Assembly: GCA_002633005.1 (NCBI GenBank)
Contig: NMRA01000010.1
Location: 1,928,516 to 1,992,515, forward strand
From: Phoronis australis
Taxonomy: Eukaryota > Animalia > Phoronida
Length of the DNA stretch: 64,000 nucleotides
Direction of reading: 5' to 3'
The notes under the pieces were generated by a model. It was not told the DNA's origin. It was given only the letters and a program-made list of their open reading frames with translations, and made no database searches. A program made the position numbers and the translations under genes. This document shows positions 1-13,811 of the stretch, one piece after another (the stretch's first letter is position 1; every line of letters begins with the position of its first letter).

Positions 1-1992
1 TGCACAACAGGTGGCCCTTGAGGTGGAACAAAATCTGGGTTACAACAACAACAACGAAGTGGTGGGTGGTGAAAACGATGGACGGGCCAGGAAGTTTGGG
101 CAGAGTAGAAATCCACTTTGACTCAGGACGGAATCAAAACGAGGCAACTGTGGTCACTTCATAACGCTTATGACAAGAGCATCTTACAAATTATTATTAT
201 TATACTTTAATAAGTGTGTTCATGGGATAGCCCAAAGTGCCTAAGATGTCTACAAGAAATCATGTATTTATACATGTGAGACCACTGATTCCCTAGCGCC
301 ACCTAGTGTAGGTCAGGATTCTCACTACCCAATAATATCTAGGCAAGTCAAATGATGACGACTAATAGCTACAAATGCGGACTACCAACTAATTTCTTAT
401 TCTTTCAAAGCAAAAATATACGAAACTCAACAAATGAAATGTCAACATTATGACAACCGAAAGATCAACTCCTTCAAGTACTTGCACATTAACAGGTAAA
501 GTAGCACTCTGCCCACTTAAGCCGGTCAAAAAAAAACAAAAACAAAAAAGGAATTGCACCTTTTACTCTCTTAAATTAATTCTCATTATACTCTTGCTCT
601 GGAGAATGTATTTCAATTACCAACAAGAACATCAAAACCATCAAGCGACTCGAGAAAACACTTCAGAATTTACTCGGTTTGGCCAACCCTAAAATTTCAC
701 ATTCGGAAACGGCACCAGAAAGCATGGCCTGTGATTTGAACTGTCAGCGCATTGGGCATTAATTCAATATCTGACAAGCGCCATGATGNACTGTAATGCC
801 ACAAGTTTTATCACTAACATCAGTCTTTTTTCACAAACCTAAATCATTTTAAAAAGCTGAATTTCCTTTCTTGCGCTCCAGTTTTTCTCTTGCCAAGATT
901 TTTCTGTTTTCACGAACCAGTTGTTTCCTTACCAGTAGCATTTCTTCTTCTTGAGCAGTTGTAGGTCATGAGATAAAGGAAAAGGTGACAGTGAAAACGC
1001 CCCTACAGTTTTAGGAGGGAGTAAGATCGACTTCCCTTTACCTAAACCACATGTGTGTGAGGTATGTACAAACAATGAAACAGCTAACTGCTGACTATCT
1101 TCTGGCCTTCCCCACAGTAGCTGCCTGCGCAAGCAGATCTTGCCCAACCAAGCCTATCTTTCTTCCAAATGCACAACAGGTGGCCCTTGAGGTGGAACAA
1201 AATCTGGGTTACAACAACAACAAAGAAGTGGTGGGTGGTGAAAACGATGGACGGGCCAGGAAGTTTGGGCAGAGTAGAAATCCATTTTGACTCAAGACGG
1301 AATCAAAACGAGGCAACTGTGGTCACTTCATAACGCTTATGACAAGAGCATCTTACAAATTATTATTCAAACTGAGCGAAAGCTTTCGCTCACTTTAATA
1401 AGTGTGTTCATGGGATAGCCCAAAGTGCTTAAGATGTCTACAAGAAATCATGTATTTATACATGTGAGACCACTGATTCCCTAGCGCCACCTAGTGTAGG
1501 TCAGGCTTCTCACTACCCAATAATATCTAGGCATAATATCTAGGCAAGTCAAATGATGACGACTAATAGCTACAAATGCGGACTACCAACTAATTTCTTA
1601 TTCTTTCAAAGCAAAAATATACGAAACTCAACAAATGAAATGTCAACATTATGACAACAGAAATATCAACTCCTTCAAGTACTTGCACGTTAACAGGTAA
1701 AGTAGCACTCTGCCCACTTAAGCCGGTCAAAAAAAAAAAACAAAAACAAAAAAGGAATTGCGCCTTTTACTCTCTTAAATTCATTCTCATTATACTCTTG
1801 CTCTGGAGAATGTATTTCAATTACCAACAAGAACATCAAAACCATCAAGCGACTCGAGAAAACACTTCAGAATTTACTCGGTTTGGCCAACCCTAAAATT
1901 TCACATTCGGAAACGGCACCAGAAAGCATGGCCTGTGATTTGAACTGTCAGCGCATTGGGCATTAATTCAATATCTGACAAGCGCCATGATG
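1..1992 (+). repeat. Near-identical direct duplication (1-788 vs ~1170-1992) across a single-N join at 789; probable uncollapsed haplotypes
   Basis: Copies differ only by scattered SNPs and small indels; copy 1 ends exactly at the N. Confidence 0.85.
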
Positions 1993-4556
1993 AGTTTTAA
2001 ACCCAAAAGCATCACGGTTAAGAATTCAACACTCACAGCATAGAATCATGTACATTCTGATCAGGTCAAATGCTCTCCACTCATTAACCAAACCCCCATT
2101 AAAGATGAGAAATGAAACCATTTCAGTGCTGTGATTAACACTCCTTTTATAAATCCTTGCCATTAAATGTGTCCTAGAGTGAGTCAGTCTATGGCGGCCT
2201 TCTGATCACAACATAACAGCAGTGACCCTTGATGTTGGTTATGAAGAACCGCCCAACCCTTTCAGATATGATCTCACAAAGGGGAAAGAATAGAATTAAC
2301 ATACCGTGTCGCTGTGTACACAAACAATCTACTGGACAAAAAACAACCAATGGATCATTGTTGAACAGTGCAAAGGAGCTATATGCAGATTTATGGTGTA
2401 TAATACTTGCTGATGGGTGATAAATTGGCGGTAAAAACATGATCAATCAGAAATCTCTGGTTATAGCTGTGCAGTAAACAGAATGAAACATGACCTGGTC
2501 AATGAATGTATTAAGATTAGTTTGAATAGTGGTTTCACACGTAAAATTATGACGTCTATGAATGTATCCAAGTTACTCAGGTCTAATTTTAGTGTTGGAA
2601 ACACAGAGACAAAAGATGGCGAATGGTTTTAACAAATGTACCAACACCTGTCTGTGTCTATACTAAATTCCAGACTATAAAACCAATTCACACACAAACG
2701 TCATAAATTATGACTAAGGTATATTGAAACTTCTCTTTAATCCCGAATGAGAAAATGTCTAATTTTAGAATACTTAACGACACCACCGACACCGATACGT
2801 TACTGAGTGCCAAAGGCTGATAACTGAAGACGCAGAACAGATTTGTTCTTCATAACTTCTGACATTCAACACAGTAAACAATTTTTTCTGTGCGGCAAGG
2901 GGTTTGATGGATGACACATAAATGAAGATTACAGGGATTTTAATATTACAAAAGACAACCTGCCAAGGTCAAAATGGTCAAGCCCAGTTATGTATTTTCA
3001 GGTGGTAGAAAGAAAGTTCATAGCAAAACCCTCAGCCCGAATGTTTGACAACTAAACTACAATGCACTTTTTACTGTTAGTTTTACACTTAATAAGTCCT
3101 TAGCAAAAAATAACAGCCTCTCCCGCCTGTTAAGGGCTGGTACGTACTTATAACTGAAAACGTAACGGAAAAATGCACACTTAAGTTACATGCCTACATC
3201 AACAACTAATAATTACTGCCTATAGAGGAACAAATAGTCAATAGTTCAATGCAATAAAGAATGCGTAAATGAAAAATAATCATTACCCAGAACCAGGAGG
3301 CTAGTAGATTTTCCCTTCAGATAAACAAACTCTTTTGTTTGTATCTCAACTCTCTGCTTTAAAGAACCAGTTATGTAACACAACTAAATGCACAATACCT
3401 TGAATGGTACAAACTATTTTATGGTCATTCACCAGTGAAGTGCGGCTCGAAAAGCCAGCTGAGAATAGTCAAAGGCCTTGTGACTCAATTGATTTTTATA
3501 TCGCAGTCTAACTCAGGCAGCCAGTACTAACTGACCTGAGTTGGAAACCAGCACGTCTGCTCAATATACCTGGCAGGTAATGCGACAAGAAACTACGTGG
3601 ATGGTTCGGGTCGTTAATAGGTTACTTACCTCTGAGAAAAACAACCAAAGAATCGATTGTCTAGTTACTTTACTAGGACAGACAGTTGTTTACTCAAAGA
3701 TAGCTTCAGACGATAAATTCACAAAAACATCAATTGCACAAAACTCAGAGCTTACCTTGTTCATGAGCTGAAATTGAAAAATGTTTATTCAAAACTAAAG
3801 GCCCATATTGTCCCTGGTATATACATTTATGGCTTGCAATTCATAAAAGGAACAACCACAACTGAGCAGGATCACACCAAACTAAAGGAAGTTCACCGAT
3901 TGCTTCTAGGACCCTAGATTTACCAAGAAAAACAATCGTTTTATACTACAATTGCATTGCTATAAATCAATGTGCTGATATACAAGTAAGAACTTTGTAT
4001 TAGTTATATCAATTGTTTCAGTCCGAAAAGAGGGATTTTCACTTGACCTCTTTATCACCATATTTTGCTCCGAGCAATGTAGCTAAGATGTTTTTAGGTA
4101 TGTTTTGACAAAAGCAGTGCTGCGGTTCCAACAACAGGAAAAAAATGAAACTAACTTGACAAATGTTAGTCACACAAAGATCAATCCCCTTCATAAACCT
4201 TAGTATGCAAACTGTGTGGTTGTAAAATCAAGTAGTGGCAGTCTGTGTACGACCTTTGACAATATGCACCCCTAGCCATTTAAAAAAGCCGAATGAAGGA
4301 ACACTTTGCCCCCAAAATTTCCAATTTTCATTTTTAAATGTCTATGCTCTGATTAATGTTCACAAAACAAGCAGAAGACAAATCTGGTTGATGGAAAAAC
4401 TGGGTAAAATCATTGGTGGATCTAGGGTGGCTGAATGGGGGGGCAACAATAATTATTGAAAGAAAATGTTCATGTGGACCCTAAAAATGGCGTGCCAACA
4501 GTGTGTTTGATTGTGTCCATAAAACGCTTTACCACTCTTGAATAATCCATCTATGG

Positions 4557-5141
4557 CAGCGCTCGATGCTTAGCTAAAAACCAAGTCGCATTTGGCAACC
4601 TGGCAAACGAAATCGGATGTCGCCAAAACTGAAAATCTCAGGCACCTAGATTTCCTATCTGGACGTAAAGGTTCGTCACCCAAAAAGAAAAAAGGAATGG
4701 CTGTAGTAACATCCGTTCCCTTGTGCTCCTCCAATTTCCCCCGAAAATCCCCAAATGTAGATGTACCTTCATTTTCTAATTCAATTACTCCCATCGACAA
4801 AGAAACATAGAACGCAGATTGAAGGCACGAATTTTACCAATCTTGCCTGGTTTTTGCCAACCTTTCAGACTTCTGTCTGTTTACTTCCTTTTGTAATATA
4901 ACGCGGTGGCAAATGAGCTGATTTCACCAATTAAATGGAACAATTGTGAATCAAAGGCAATAAATCTAGGAAAACCGTTAGCAATTCAAAGTTTGGAAGC
5001 CAACACAAACGTTGAAATGAATTTAGAAGGAATTTTTGTCTGACTTTGATACTCTTACACTGGCAACTTGGAATTTTCTCAGGTCACCAAACACAATCTG
5101 AGGTCCCATTGGCGACCTCCAGGTTGCCAAATCAAGCGCTG
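4557..5141. mobile_element. hAT-like non-autonomous element (related terminal fragment at ~61850-61948)
   Basis: Termini CAGCGCTCGAT...ATCAAGCGCTG with repeated subterminal GGCAACC/GGTCGCC motifs; right end resembles the reverse complement of 61860-61920; no clear TSD. Confidence 0.55.
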
Positions 5142-7277
5142 TATGAAAATAAGTAATACATCAGCTGCATAAATGTGACACTACCATAAGGCGGAAAGCT
5201 TAAATAGTAAATCAGGCTGTGTGTACTCCAGCAGTGGCATTCCAATTTGTTACTCTTCACAGAAAACCAGTATGAGAACCCAAGGCTCCGGTCACTGAAC
5301 AAGAGGCTCTGAGCCTCAGGTCACTGAACAATAGGTTCTTGTCACTGGACAACACAAAACATTAGAAACTCTCAGAGCCAGCAGTTGTTAATGGGTGAGT
5401 GACTCTCAAAGGCAACCTCCTCTTAACCAACTCAAGACAATTCCGTCACTGTAATCCAGCTTCAGAAGTTCTTGAAGCCCACACAGCCTTTGAAAACCAA
5501 GTTCATCCACAATTTCAAAAATAGAGCATCCAAAATGTGTTTCTCTATATCTCACGACCTTTATGGCCAATAACGCATGACAGCGTTGTTATGACTTCAA
5601 GTCAAATTGCTGTAATAGTGTAGTATTACTCTGGAGACATGGTTCAGGAGAAAGGTTTTTCCTATCTTATTACATCATTCTAAACCAACTTTTTTATTTT
5701 CGTTAGGCGAATGAGCTCCCACAGTTAAGACACACATGCTTACTGGTTTACTTAATTGAGTGCCCCAATATCAGGGTGTCTAAATTTGGGCCAGGGAGTA
5801 AAAATGAGGAGTCGAGGACCCTCTAGAAGGCCTAGGTGGATCCTTTTGTCTTTCAATACAATGATTTAGCATTCCTTGAATGGATCAAGTTTAGTTCACT
5901 GAGCGCATCAATGGCAAGATACACCACGGCTAACCTGATTTATTCCGTTTGGGATGACGCACAACTGCGACATGGGCCCCAAGATTTCATATCCTCGTTC
6001 ATAGAACACAAGCACGTAGATCGTTAAAGCAACAAAGTTGTCAGTAAAAACAGCATGAAACAATGTCTGAAAGAGGAAACTTGGCAGCCATCAATCCAAT
6101 TTAGGAAGTACTAGTGTCTAGTCAAAATAGGTCGGTGTGACTCCTCTTGAATCAGATGTGTCAAGCCCTTTGTCAATAAACAACCAAAAACACAATACTG
6201 AAAAGGAGACCAGGAAAAAACCAAAGTTAATTTAACCCAACGAAACACTAATGAGACGGAACAAACCAGAATCTTTCCCTGCGGTCATATCAAGCCTGCA
6301 TCATTAACACCATTTCTTAAATCCAAACACATATTTACTCAAATTCAACCCACTGCACAGTGCTAACTATTGACAAGAAAAACATTTCTTATTGATCTCC
6401 ATTGGGCCTGCTCACAAAATCTCACAAAGCAGGCCACACGAGACGATCGCTCAACCCAGACTGGACAGTGGTGAGCTCTTTACCAGTAGCAGAGATACCA
6501 AATGTCCAACAGGTCAATCAACACTGCTGAAGCAGATTTGATCATCACCAGCGACCACAATCAATAATTAGTACTCACAACTCCTAGGCATTGAACTAAC
6601 AGCAACATGTCCCTCCAGACAGTCTAGAGTTCACTGGATGGGACTGTGACTCTTTGCTACCCTCCGCAGAGTTTAGCACTCCTAGAAAGGTCAAGGCTCT
6701 GATGTACGCCTTCATACTCACTCTGATATAGGCAACACTAAGTCAACTCCCAAAATTCCTGAAATTAGAGCTGGCTGTGATACAACACTCTGAGCTGTTA
6801 CAGACTTCCTCACTACACACAGTCACTCACAGCAAAGGTCGAAAGTAGGTCAACCAATTGTTGGAGCAGTCTACTTTTGTCAGCAGGGGTTGGGAGGTCA
6901 CCAACGGTCCCAGCCAATGAGGGTCTGTCTGTGTACACAAGAGGATCAGCTGATTAGCTGGACTACACAATTCATAACTTTACCAGTCTGGGCTATGCTA
7001 AGGCTGGTGCTTGGAGGTAAACCAAAACAGAGGCTCACAAACAGTTCAATTTATACACAAATCAACACCAGCAAGAGAGTTAAATTTGTGAATCTACCAA
7101 AATCAAATGTACTCGGAAAACAGGATGGCTTTCGTACAAAACCTAATTGCGACAGTGACCAAATAATCCAAATATACGGGACGACGAAATACTAACTGAA
7201 AACTGCAAACTGGCGTTCAGTCACAGACCTATCTATTTGGTAACTCGAGCACCACCAGCAGGCAACTGTGAGCATAC

Positions 7278-7432
7278 CAGTGGTGTGGTGGTAAAATTAG
7301 GGGTAAGTAGGCGCTCAAAGCCCATCGTATCACCTTGAGCACTGAACTAACTTACGGTGCGTAGGCGCTACGTTCAAATGCCAAAAGGTGGTTGGCTGCG
7401 CCTACGTGCACTTACTCCCCACTACAGCACTG
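7278..7432 (+). mobile_element. 155-bp hAT-like MITE, copy 1
   Basis: Termini CAGTG...CACTG; flanked by GAGCATAC/GAGAATAC (8-bp TSD, 1 mismatch); homologous inverted copy at 16778-16932. Confidence 0.85.
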
Positions 7433-8563
7433 GAGAATACATGGACGTCGATCATGTAGCTGTAATGACGTGTCAACTCAGCCACCCAACAGGGATCCGA
7501 TAGCTTCTGGACTATATAAGAATTAAAAAATACTAGTAATGGTTACACAGGAGCCTAGAAAACAATCCAAATTTGGCCAACTTCAGAGCATGATGTCTGT
7601 GAGATGGCTGATTACATCCATATGATATAAAACTTTCTGATATTATCGTTTATGCACTGTTCTCTAAAACATTACAGGACTTGTTTTTAAATTGATCCAC
7701 TTTTGAATGAGGGAGGGGTTTATGAAAAATCAGACTTTTTATGATTTTTATGGAAAACTGAAAAACTGCATGATAAAAAACGAAACAGCATTTCACCTTG
7801 AACACTTATTAACAAAAATTTTGTCATACTTTTGATTCCATTATCATTTTTTTGCTATGGTTACACCTTTTTTGCCAGTTTTATTAAAACATGGTAGCAC
7901 GACCAAATCAATGGCAGGTTGGCATTAAGTCAAAAATCAAATTCTACAGGGCTGGCTTTTTGTTTTCAGTTAATATGTACTTTTCTTGACTTAGATTCTA
8001 AAAAATTATAGACATTTGGCAGAAAGCACAGACTTTTTGATCAAGTTCTACATTACCCTTAGAGAATCCACGGCTACTTTCAATCACAGTACGCTTCAGC
8101 TCTCACCTAAGAGCAATTGTTATACCCACGGACCAGGCAGTCTCAAGTAGACTGCAGTTTTTCATCAATAGTTGAGACACCCCTAAGACAAGACCCTTGC
8201 GAAAAGACTACGAACTTAACTCCTGAAGAAGAAAGCCCAGAGCAGAAAGTCTGTACATCAAGAAGTATTGAAAAACATTACTTGTGAGTTCTCGTCCAAA
8301 CTGAACAAACAGCCAAGCAATGCTGTTATAAACAGAGTTAAGCTCATTTGTTAATAACTTGACATTTTCATGGAAAAACACTCCTGGGGTAATCTCAGCA
8401 GACTTCAAATTTAATTTTAAATAGCATTCAACGGAAAGTGCCACATTCTGGACTTCTTAATGCCATATAATTGGGTACACTTTGTTTCTGTCCAAGTTTG
8501 ATGTAAAATTCAGCAGCTATGACAAGTCAAATTGGATGGCTACATGATTATCTGATGTCAGCA

Positions 8564-8750
8564 GAGATGGTAAACGACACGGAGGTGGTAAGTGACAGAC
8601 ATTGTGAGTGACATGGAGACACAACGTGACATGGAGACCGTGTGTGACATGGAGATGGTAAGTGACATGGAGATGGTAAGTGACATGGACATGGTGACGA
8701 AAAGAAGGTAAGTGGCATGGAGATGGTAAGTGACAAACATTGACAGTGAC
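8564..8750 (+). repeat. ~18-bp minisatellite (GACATGGAGATGGTAAGT)
   Basis: Imperfect tandem copies visible directly. Confidence 0.85.
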
Positions 8751-11700
8751 AAAGAATCTTCAACATAGAACACAATATGACCGAAAACTGGAGTTACATT
8801 TCGTGAAACTTCATTGTTAATAAAGTTTGCACAGTCTTTTGTCTGTACTGTTCAGCTAGCAGCAGCACACAAAACAGAGGGTAAAAATTGAAACCTTATG
8901 CAATACAGTACCTAGAATAATTCATTTAAAACTGAACTAACGAAGTTTTTCAGAATTACTTTTGTGTGAAATTAATGAAGCTTTGGCATAACTCTGCTTG
9001 TTACAAGACCACACAAAATACACACACTCACTGACACATAATGCGACTGGAAACCAAAAATTCTCTGCGCCAATATAACAGGATGTCAACAGAACAGTTG
9101 GGAGGAGATGATTATAAAATTGCAGGCCATTATCGGACAATTTTCATCAACAACATTCCCAACTTTTATTAGGTTCTAACAGGAACAGACATGCTAACAG
9201 ACAGTCATGCAACAGCAGAAACCATGAATCATTATTTCCAATAAGCAATACCATCAACATTCACTGTATACTACCTCCTACCACAGTCATCTTCCAGGTT
9301 AACTGTGGAGGGGGGGTGCTATAACATTAAAATGCACACGGACTATTTCTGTCAGCTCTCCTTCAACTAAGTATGGGCATTTCACTGCCTCCATTTGACT
9401 AAGTGCCAGTCAAACTGCCCATCCATTACCAATAAGTGAGGGAGTTGCTTAAGTTTTGGGTGCTAAAACTTCCACGAGACAGGATTGACAAGGATGCAGG
9501 CATTTTTCAGGAGTCTGGATCAGGCAAATTGGCAGTGCGCATTCAGTCTAGCATTGGCAGTGAAATATTGTAACAGGAGAAAGTTGAAAATGAATAGTGA
9601 GACACGATTCATGGTCCAAGTAGTCAACATCTCAGATTTCATTTTCAACTTTCTTGTGTTACTTTGGCAAAAAACTAGTGTTATTGAAATATTGTAAATT
9701 TCAGAGTTGACCGAACACAGCATTAATGCAGACAAATACAGTATGTTTGCATGCTCCAATATTGGCTTAGCTCCTTTGGGTCCCCTTTTTCAGGATGGGT
9801 CTCTCCATTCAAAGCAAAATGACCATGTCTCATGATTTCAATCAGAGAACCACAGTGGACAAAAGGTCCCAATCAACATACCAGCCACAAATGGACTGAG
9901 AAGATCCAACTAAGATTGACAATTACCCAAGTCAAAAGACAGGATGACATTCTGACTTGTATTTCTAAAAACTAATCAAGAAGTGAATGAATTCAGTTGG
10001 CCTTCATTGAATCAAATTGTTTTGTCATTGCCTGCGACACATCTCTATCACAACAGTTCTCAAGTAGCATAAAGTGAAATTTAAAGCAACAACAAATTCT
10101 AAAATTTGGCTCAACATCTGGCAAAACTGGATATTTGTATTCATAAATAACCAAAGCTATATTCAGCGCGGCATTGGCAGGTCAAAAATAGCCAATCTCA
10201 AAATAATAGGAAGTAGCTTACCAAACAAAAAAGCACAAAAGCTCCACTCATATACCACAGCATACACCCTAGAAATCATGTAGTATTAACTTGGTCTTAT
10301 TTCACAACTCAAATTTGTGTGACCGCTGCAAAATTAAAATCAAAGCATGTGACACTCGCCATTGTGTGAAACAGGATGTTCCAATGAATTAGTCATATCA
10401 GCTCAACGTTGGCCCATATAGCTTTCAGGGCATCGTGTGTAAACCATAATAAGGGTATATACGGGCTACAGGAAGACGAGATAGAACGTGCACACTCCAA
10501 ATATTTCTTCACCTTTGCATTGTGCAATATATGTGAAATTTCAATAGTCCTGATTCCACCAGTGTTTGTGCATCACAATAATTTTATTTTCAGCCCCAGG
10601 AGCACATAAAATCGATGAGGTTTTGGACAGGCGAGTGCTCATCAGACAAGTTTATATTCACCGGATTATTCTAATGGGCTCTTACTTTTCCCTAATACCT
10701 CGTTCACAAACTAGCTATGTTTTCGCTAGCACTTTCACCAGTACCAAAAATGCCATGTGAATGGTTACGTGTCTCGCGTTCTGCTGCAAGGTTTAGTTAC
10801 CCTGCCGGCGTTTCACTGCCACTTTTGTACCCAGGCGGCTTACTTCTAAGGACACACTTGCGCAGGGGTAAGATGTCTTTGTTTATCGTGGAATCAATCA
10901 ATTTATGACACACAGTTTAGTATCTTGACACAAAATTTCTCGCTTAAAGGGTAGTGAGGAAAGAAACAAACTACTGCAGAAAATGAACCCTTCGTGGACA
11001 ACTCGTCTGTCTGGCTAAAACACTAACGAATATTAAAATTTTAACCACCGAAACAGCAGTGTTTTTGCCACATGCAAACCCAGGGTAACGTGTGATTCAG
11101 AATGACTGGCTGGTGCCTCTAGTTTGATTAATGAGGTCTGGACCAGATACCAACAGGGTTAGTTTCACAGCTTCTATTTCCAAGAAACTATGTGATCATG
11201 TGATCACACCTTATAATACAAGACCCGACCTCATGGGGTTCAAGTGACAATGCACGCTTAGTACCATGATTTATGGTTCCTTCAAGATGCTCTTTCTGTG
11301 GAGGGGGGGGGATTCTGATGTTGGCAGCAGAAAAAAATGTCAATTGCAGAATGATAAACCCGAGAAAGAGTGTAAAAGAAGCCGGTGGTGGTTTCATAAT
11401 TCTTTCCTAGTCCCATGTGAATACAAATGGCAGGTTGAACTGATGCAACGGTCTCGGCAAATGTTTGAAGAAATCCAATTACACAAAATCTCCTTATCAT
11501 ACAACAGGCACTAGAACGCTGTTAAACAACAGAGCATAAACCTCTTTGTATATAACAACAAGCATCGCTAATGACAGAGATATAAGCTGACCTCGGTTTT
11601 CTCATATTTTCTGGGAAACCGGATCCACCCGAAAATCAAAATCAGTTGAGTTCTTCTCATTTGGAATACACGGGTCAAATGTCATGAAGATCCATCAAAG

Positions 11701-12467
11701 AACTCGTTGGATATCAAAGCAGACACAAATAACAACTTGCCACCAGGTGGTGCCAAAGAAGTCAGATCAGTCAAAAAATAACACCAGTCATGTTTTTTCT
11801 CAATAAAAACAAACATGCCAAATTTTACAAAAAAAAAACACCAAAGAACTTGTTTGATATCGAGGAAAGTAAAAATAACATTACCTCTAGGGAGCAACAC
11901 AGATTTCTTATAAAAACATAGGCCAAGGGAACTAAGTATTGGATGAAGGAAAAACTCCAGTATCTGACTTTTTGTAACACTCTGCCATCTATTGAGTAAA
12001 ATGGAAACTACAGGATCAAAACATGCAGAGCAATACTGCACTCGTACTTTTTTGAATTCCCCAATACGGTCCACAGTTTAATGAAATTTATTAGTCATCA
12101 ATGTTAAAATTCGCGTTAAGTCGTCGTTTCCTAAGTGGCTGTCTAAAACAGACATCTTTTTCTCTCTTAGGTGTCCACGCTGTCATTTTTTAAAACTGGC
12201 CGTCCCAACAACAGCCACTAGACGAGTCCCTATCAGCCACATTTTCATGACGACCATTTGTACCGTTGGTTACTGTCGATGCAAGGAAAATATTTGTATT
12301 TGAACGACTTCGAATGAAGCCTTAATATAACAATTGCATAGTATTACTATCACCAATCACCCTGGCAACGGCAGACCAGCGAAGCCCATACCTGAGACAA
12401 ATGCTAATTTCATGTAATCCCCTGAATTTCCAATGCTTAAAATGAAAACGACAAAATGTAAATCATC

Positions 12468-12722
12468 TTCTTGAGCAGTGTTACAACAAGAATCTTCCTA
12501 ACATGAAAAGGCACACAGTAGATCTTATCTGCTGCCCTGACACCTATTGGGTAATACGAAAACTACTATCTTGAGCAATGTTACAACAGGAATCCTTCTA
12601 GCATGAAAATATTTAACGATAGATTTCATTTACAGCCCTGCCGTCTATTAAGTAAAAGGAAAACTAAAAGGTGTCTAACATCCTGAGCAACGTTACAACA
12701 GAAATCATCCTGACAAAGAAAA
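12468..12722 (+). repeat. Three degenerate ~100-110-bp-spaced direct repeats (TC(T/C)TGAGCA..GTTACAACA.(G/A)AATC)
   Basis: Cores at ~12469, ~12569 and ~12681. Confidence 0.7.
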
Positions 12723-13624
12723 CAAATGCTAACGAGACAGAAACCAAGAACTGCATGAAGGTAAACCATCCTTGTGAGTAATGGCACAACGAAATTGGAG
12801 AAGAGCAGTTGGAGAGTGAGCTTATCATCCACCTGAGTACACGCAAGAGAATTTGGTGAAACACAAACAGGCAGTATCAGATGAAGGCTGTGATAACATT
12901 TCTAAGAACTATGCAGTTTCATTGAGAATTGAGGACATACCATAAACAAACCAGGCTGGGAAACAATTTCCTAATGTTGATGAGTTGTTTACTCTCAAAG
13001 GACCAATGAATGGGTTTAGTTGGCAGCAGTTTGCTCAGATGTGGTATGCTGCTGAATTGGATATAGGCAAACACTCTTCACTTGTATCATCATGTGATTA
13101 CCAATCTTAAAGTGGGTTTATTTTCCATGAGTGCCCAGGAGTTGCCCCGGATACAATTTTCATTTTCCATCAATTAGCTTTCCATGAAAAGTAGACAGTG
13201 GTTACGTCCTTAGGTAACACATTACATGAACTTGCGACGCGACTCACCAAAATGATACTATTCTTATTCATTCCCACAAATTTTACTTTGACTTTTCTGC
13301 GAGTTTTCGCTTTATTTTTCATGAAATTCCACACATGGAGAATATGATTTCAGTTATCCATTAGAACAATTTTCCAACCAGTCACCACTCGCCAAAACAA
13401 TTTGGCAACAAGAACAAAATTTCCAGGGAAATTTCAACACGAAAAAAATCTCTGCACAAAATTGCCTTCGCCAGTTCAGCCGAGTCAACTGGCTAAGGCA
13501 TCTGATTGGCTTCAAAGCCGGAAGTCTTCATCAAGAACCCATCAGAAGTCTAAACAGGTTGACCCAACGATGTCAATTAAGCATAGCCAATGAGAGGTCA
13601 AAATGTCTGACCAGCAGTACTCAC

Positions 13625-13811
13625 GTGGCTTGTATTAAAGCAATGACTTGTGAGTAGGTTTTCCCAGTCACCGACTGTCCATTGACCGACACGATACGGT
13701 CACCCGTGTTAAGGCCCGCCTTGTGGGCGGGGCCGGACTCTTTGACTTGTCGGACGAAAATGGTATCCATGGGTTCCAGAGAACTTAGCCGAGTCTTCTT
13801 ACGTTTGGTGC
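13625..13811 (-). CDS. ARHGAP21: ARHGAP21/23-like exon (second half of PDZ)
   Basis: ctgtag|GC ACC...GCC AC|gtgagt, 187 nt, phase 1/2; [62 protein letters not shown]; missed by the ORF track. Confidence 0.93.

Noticed and set aside
450-1896. Duplicated 80/81-aa ORFs with a basic stretch and a hydrophobic segment (450-692, 1651-1896)
   Set aside because: They lie in an N-joined haplotype-like duplication, antisense within an intron; the features come from A- and T-rich tracts; no splice or family evidence
12468-12722. Three repeats with spacer-like intervals resembling a CRISPR array
   Set aside because: Degenerate, only three copies, intervals too long and partly homologous; an old tandem duplication
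12773-12832. Possible next ARHGAP exon (DDKLTLQLL...)
   Set aside because: That reading needs phase 0 but the upstream exon ends in phase 2; it lacks the expected V.PK.EDILQ motif, which I could not find anywhere in the window
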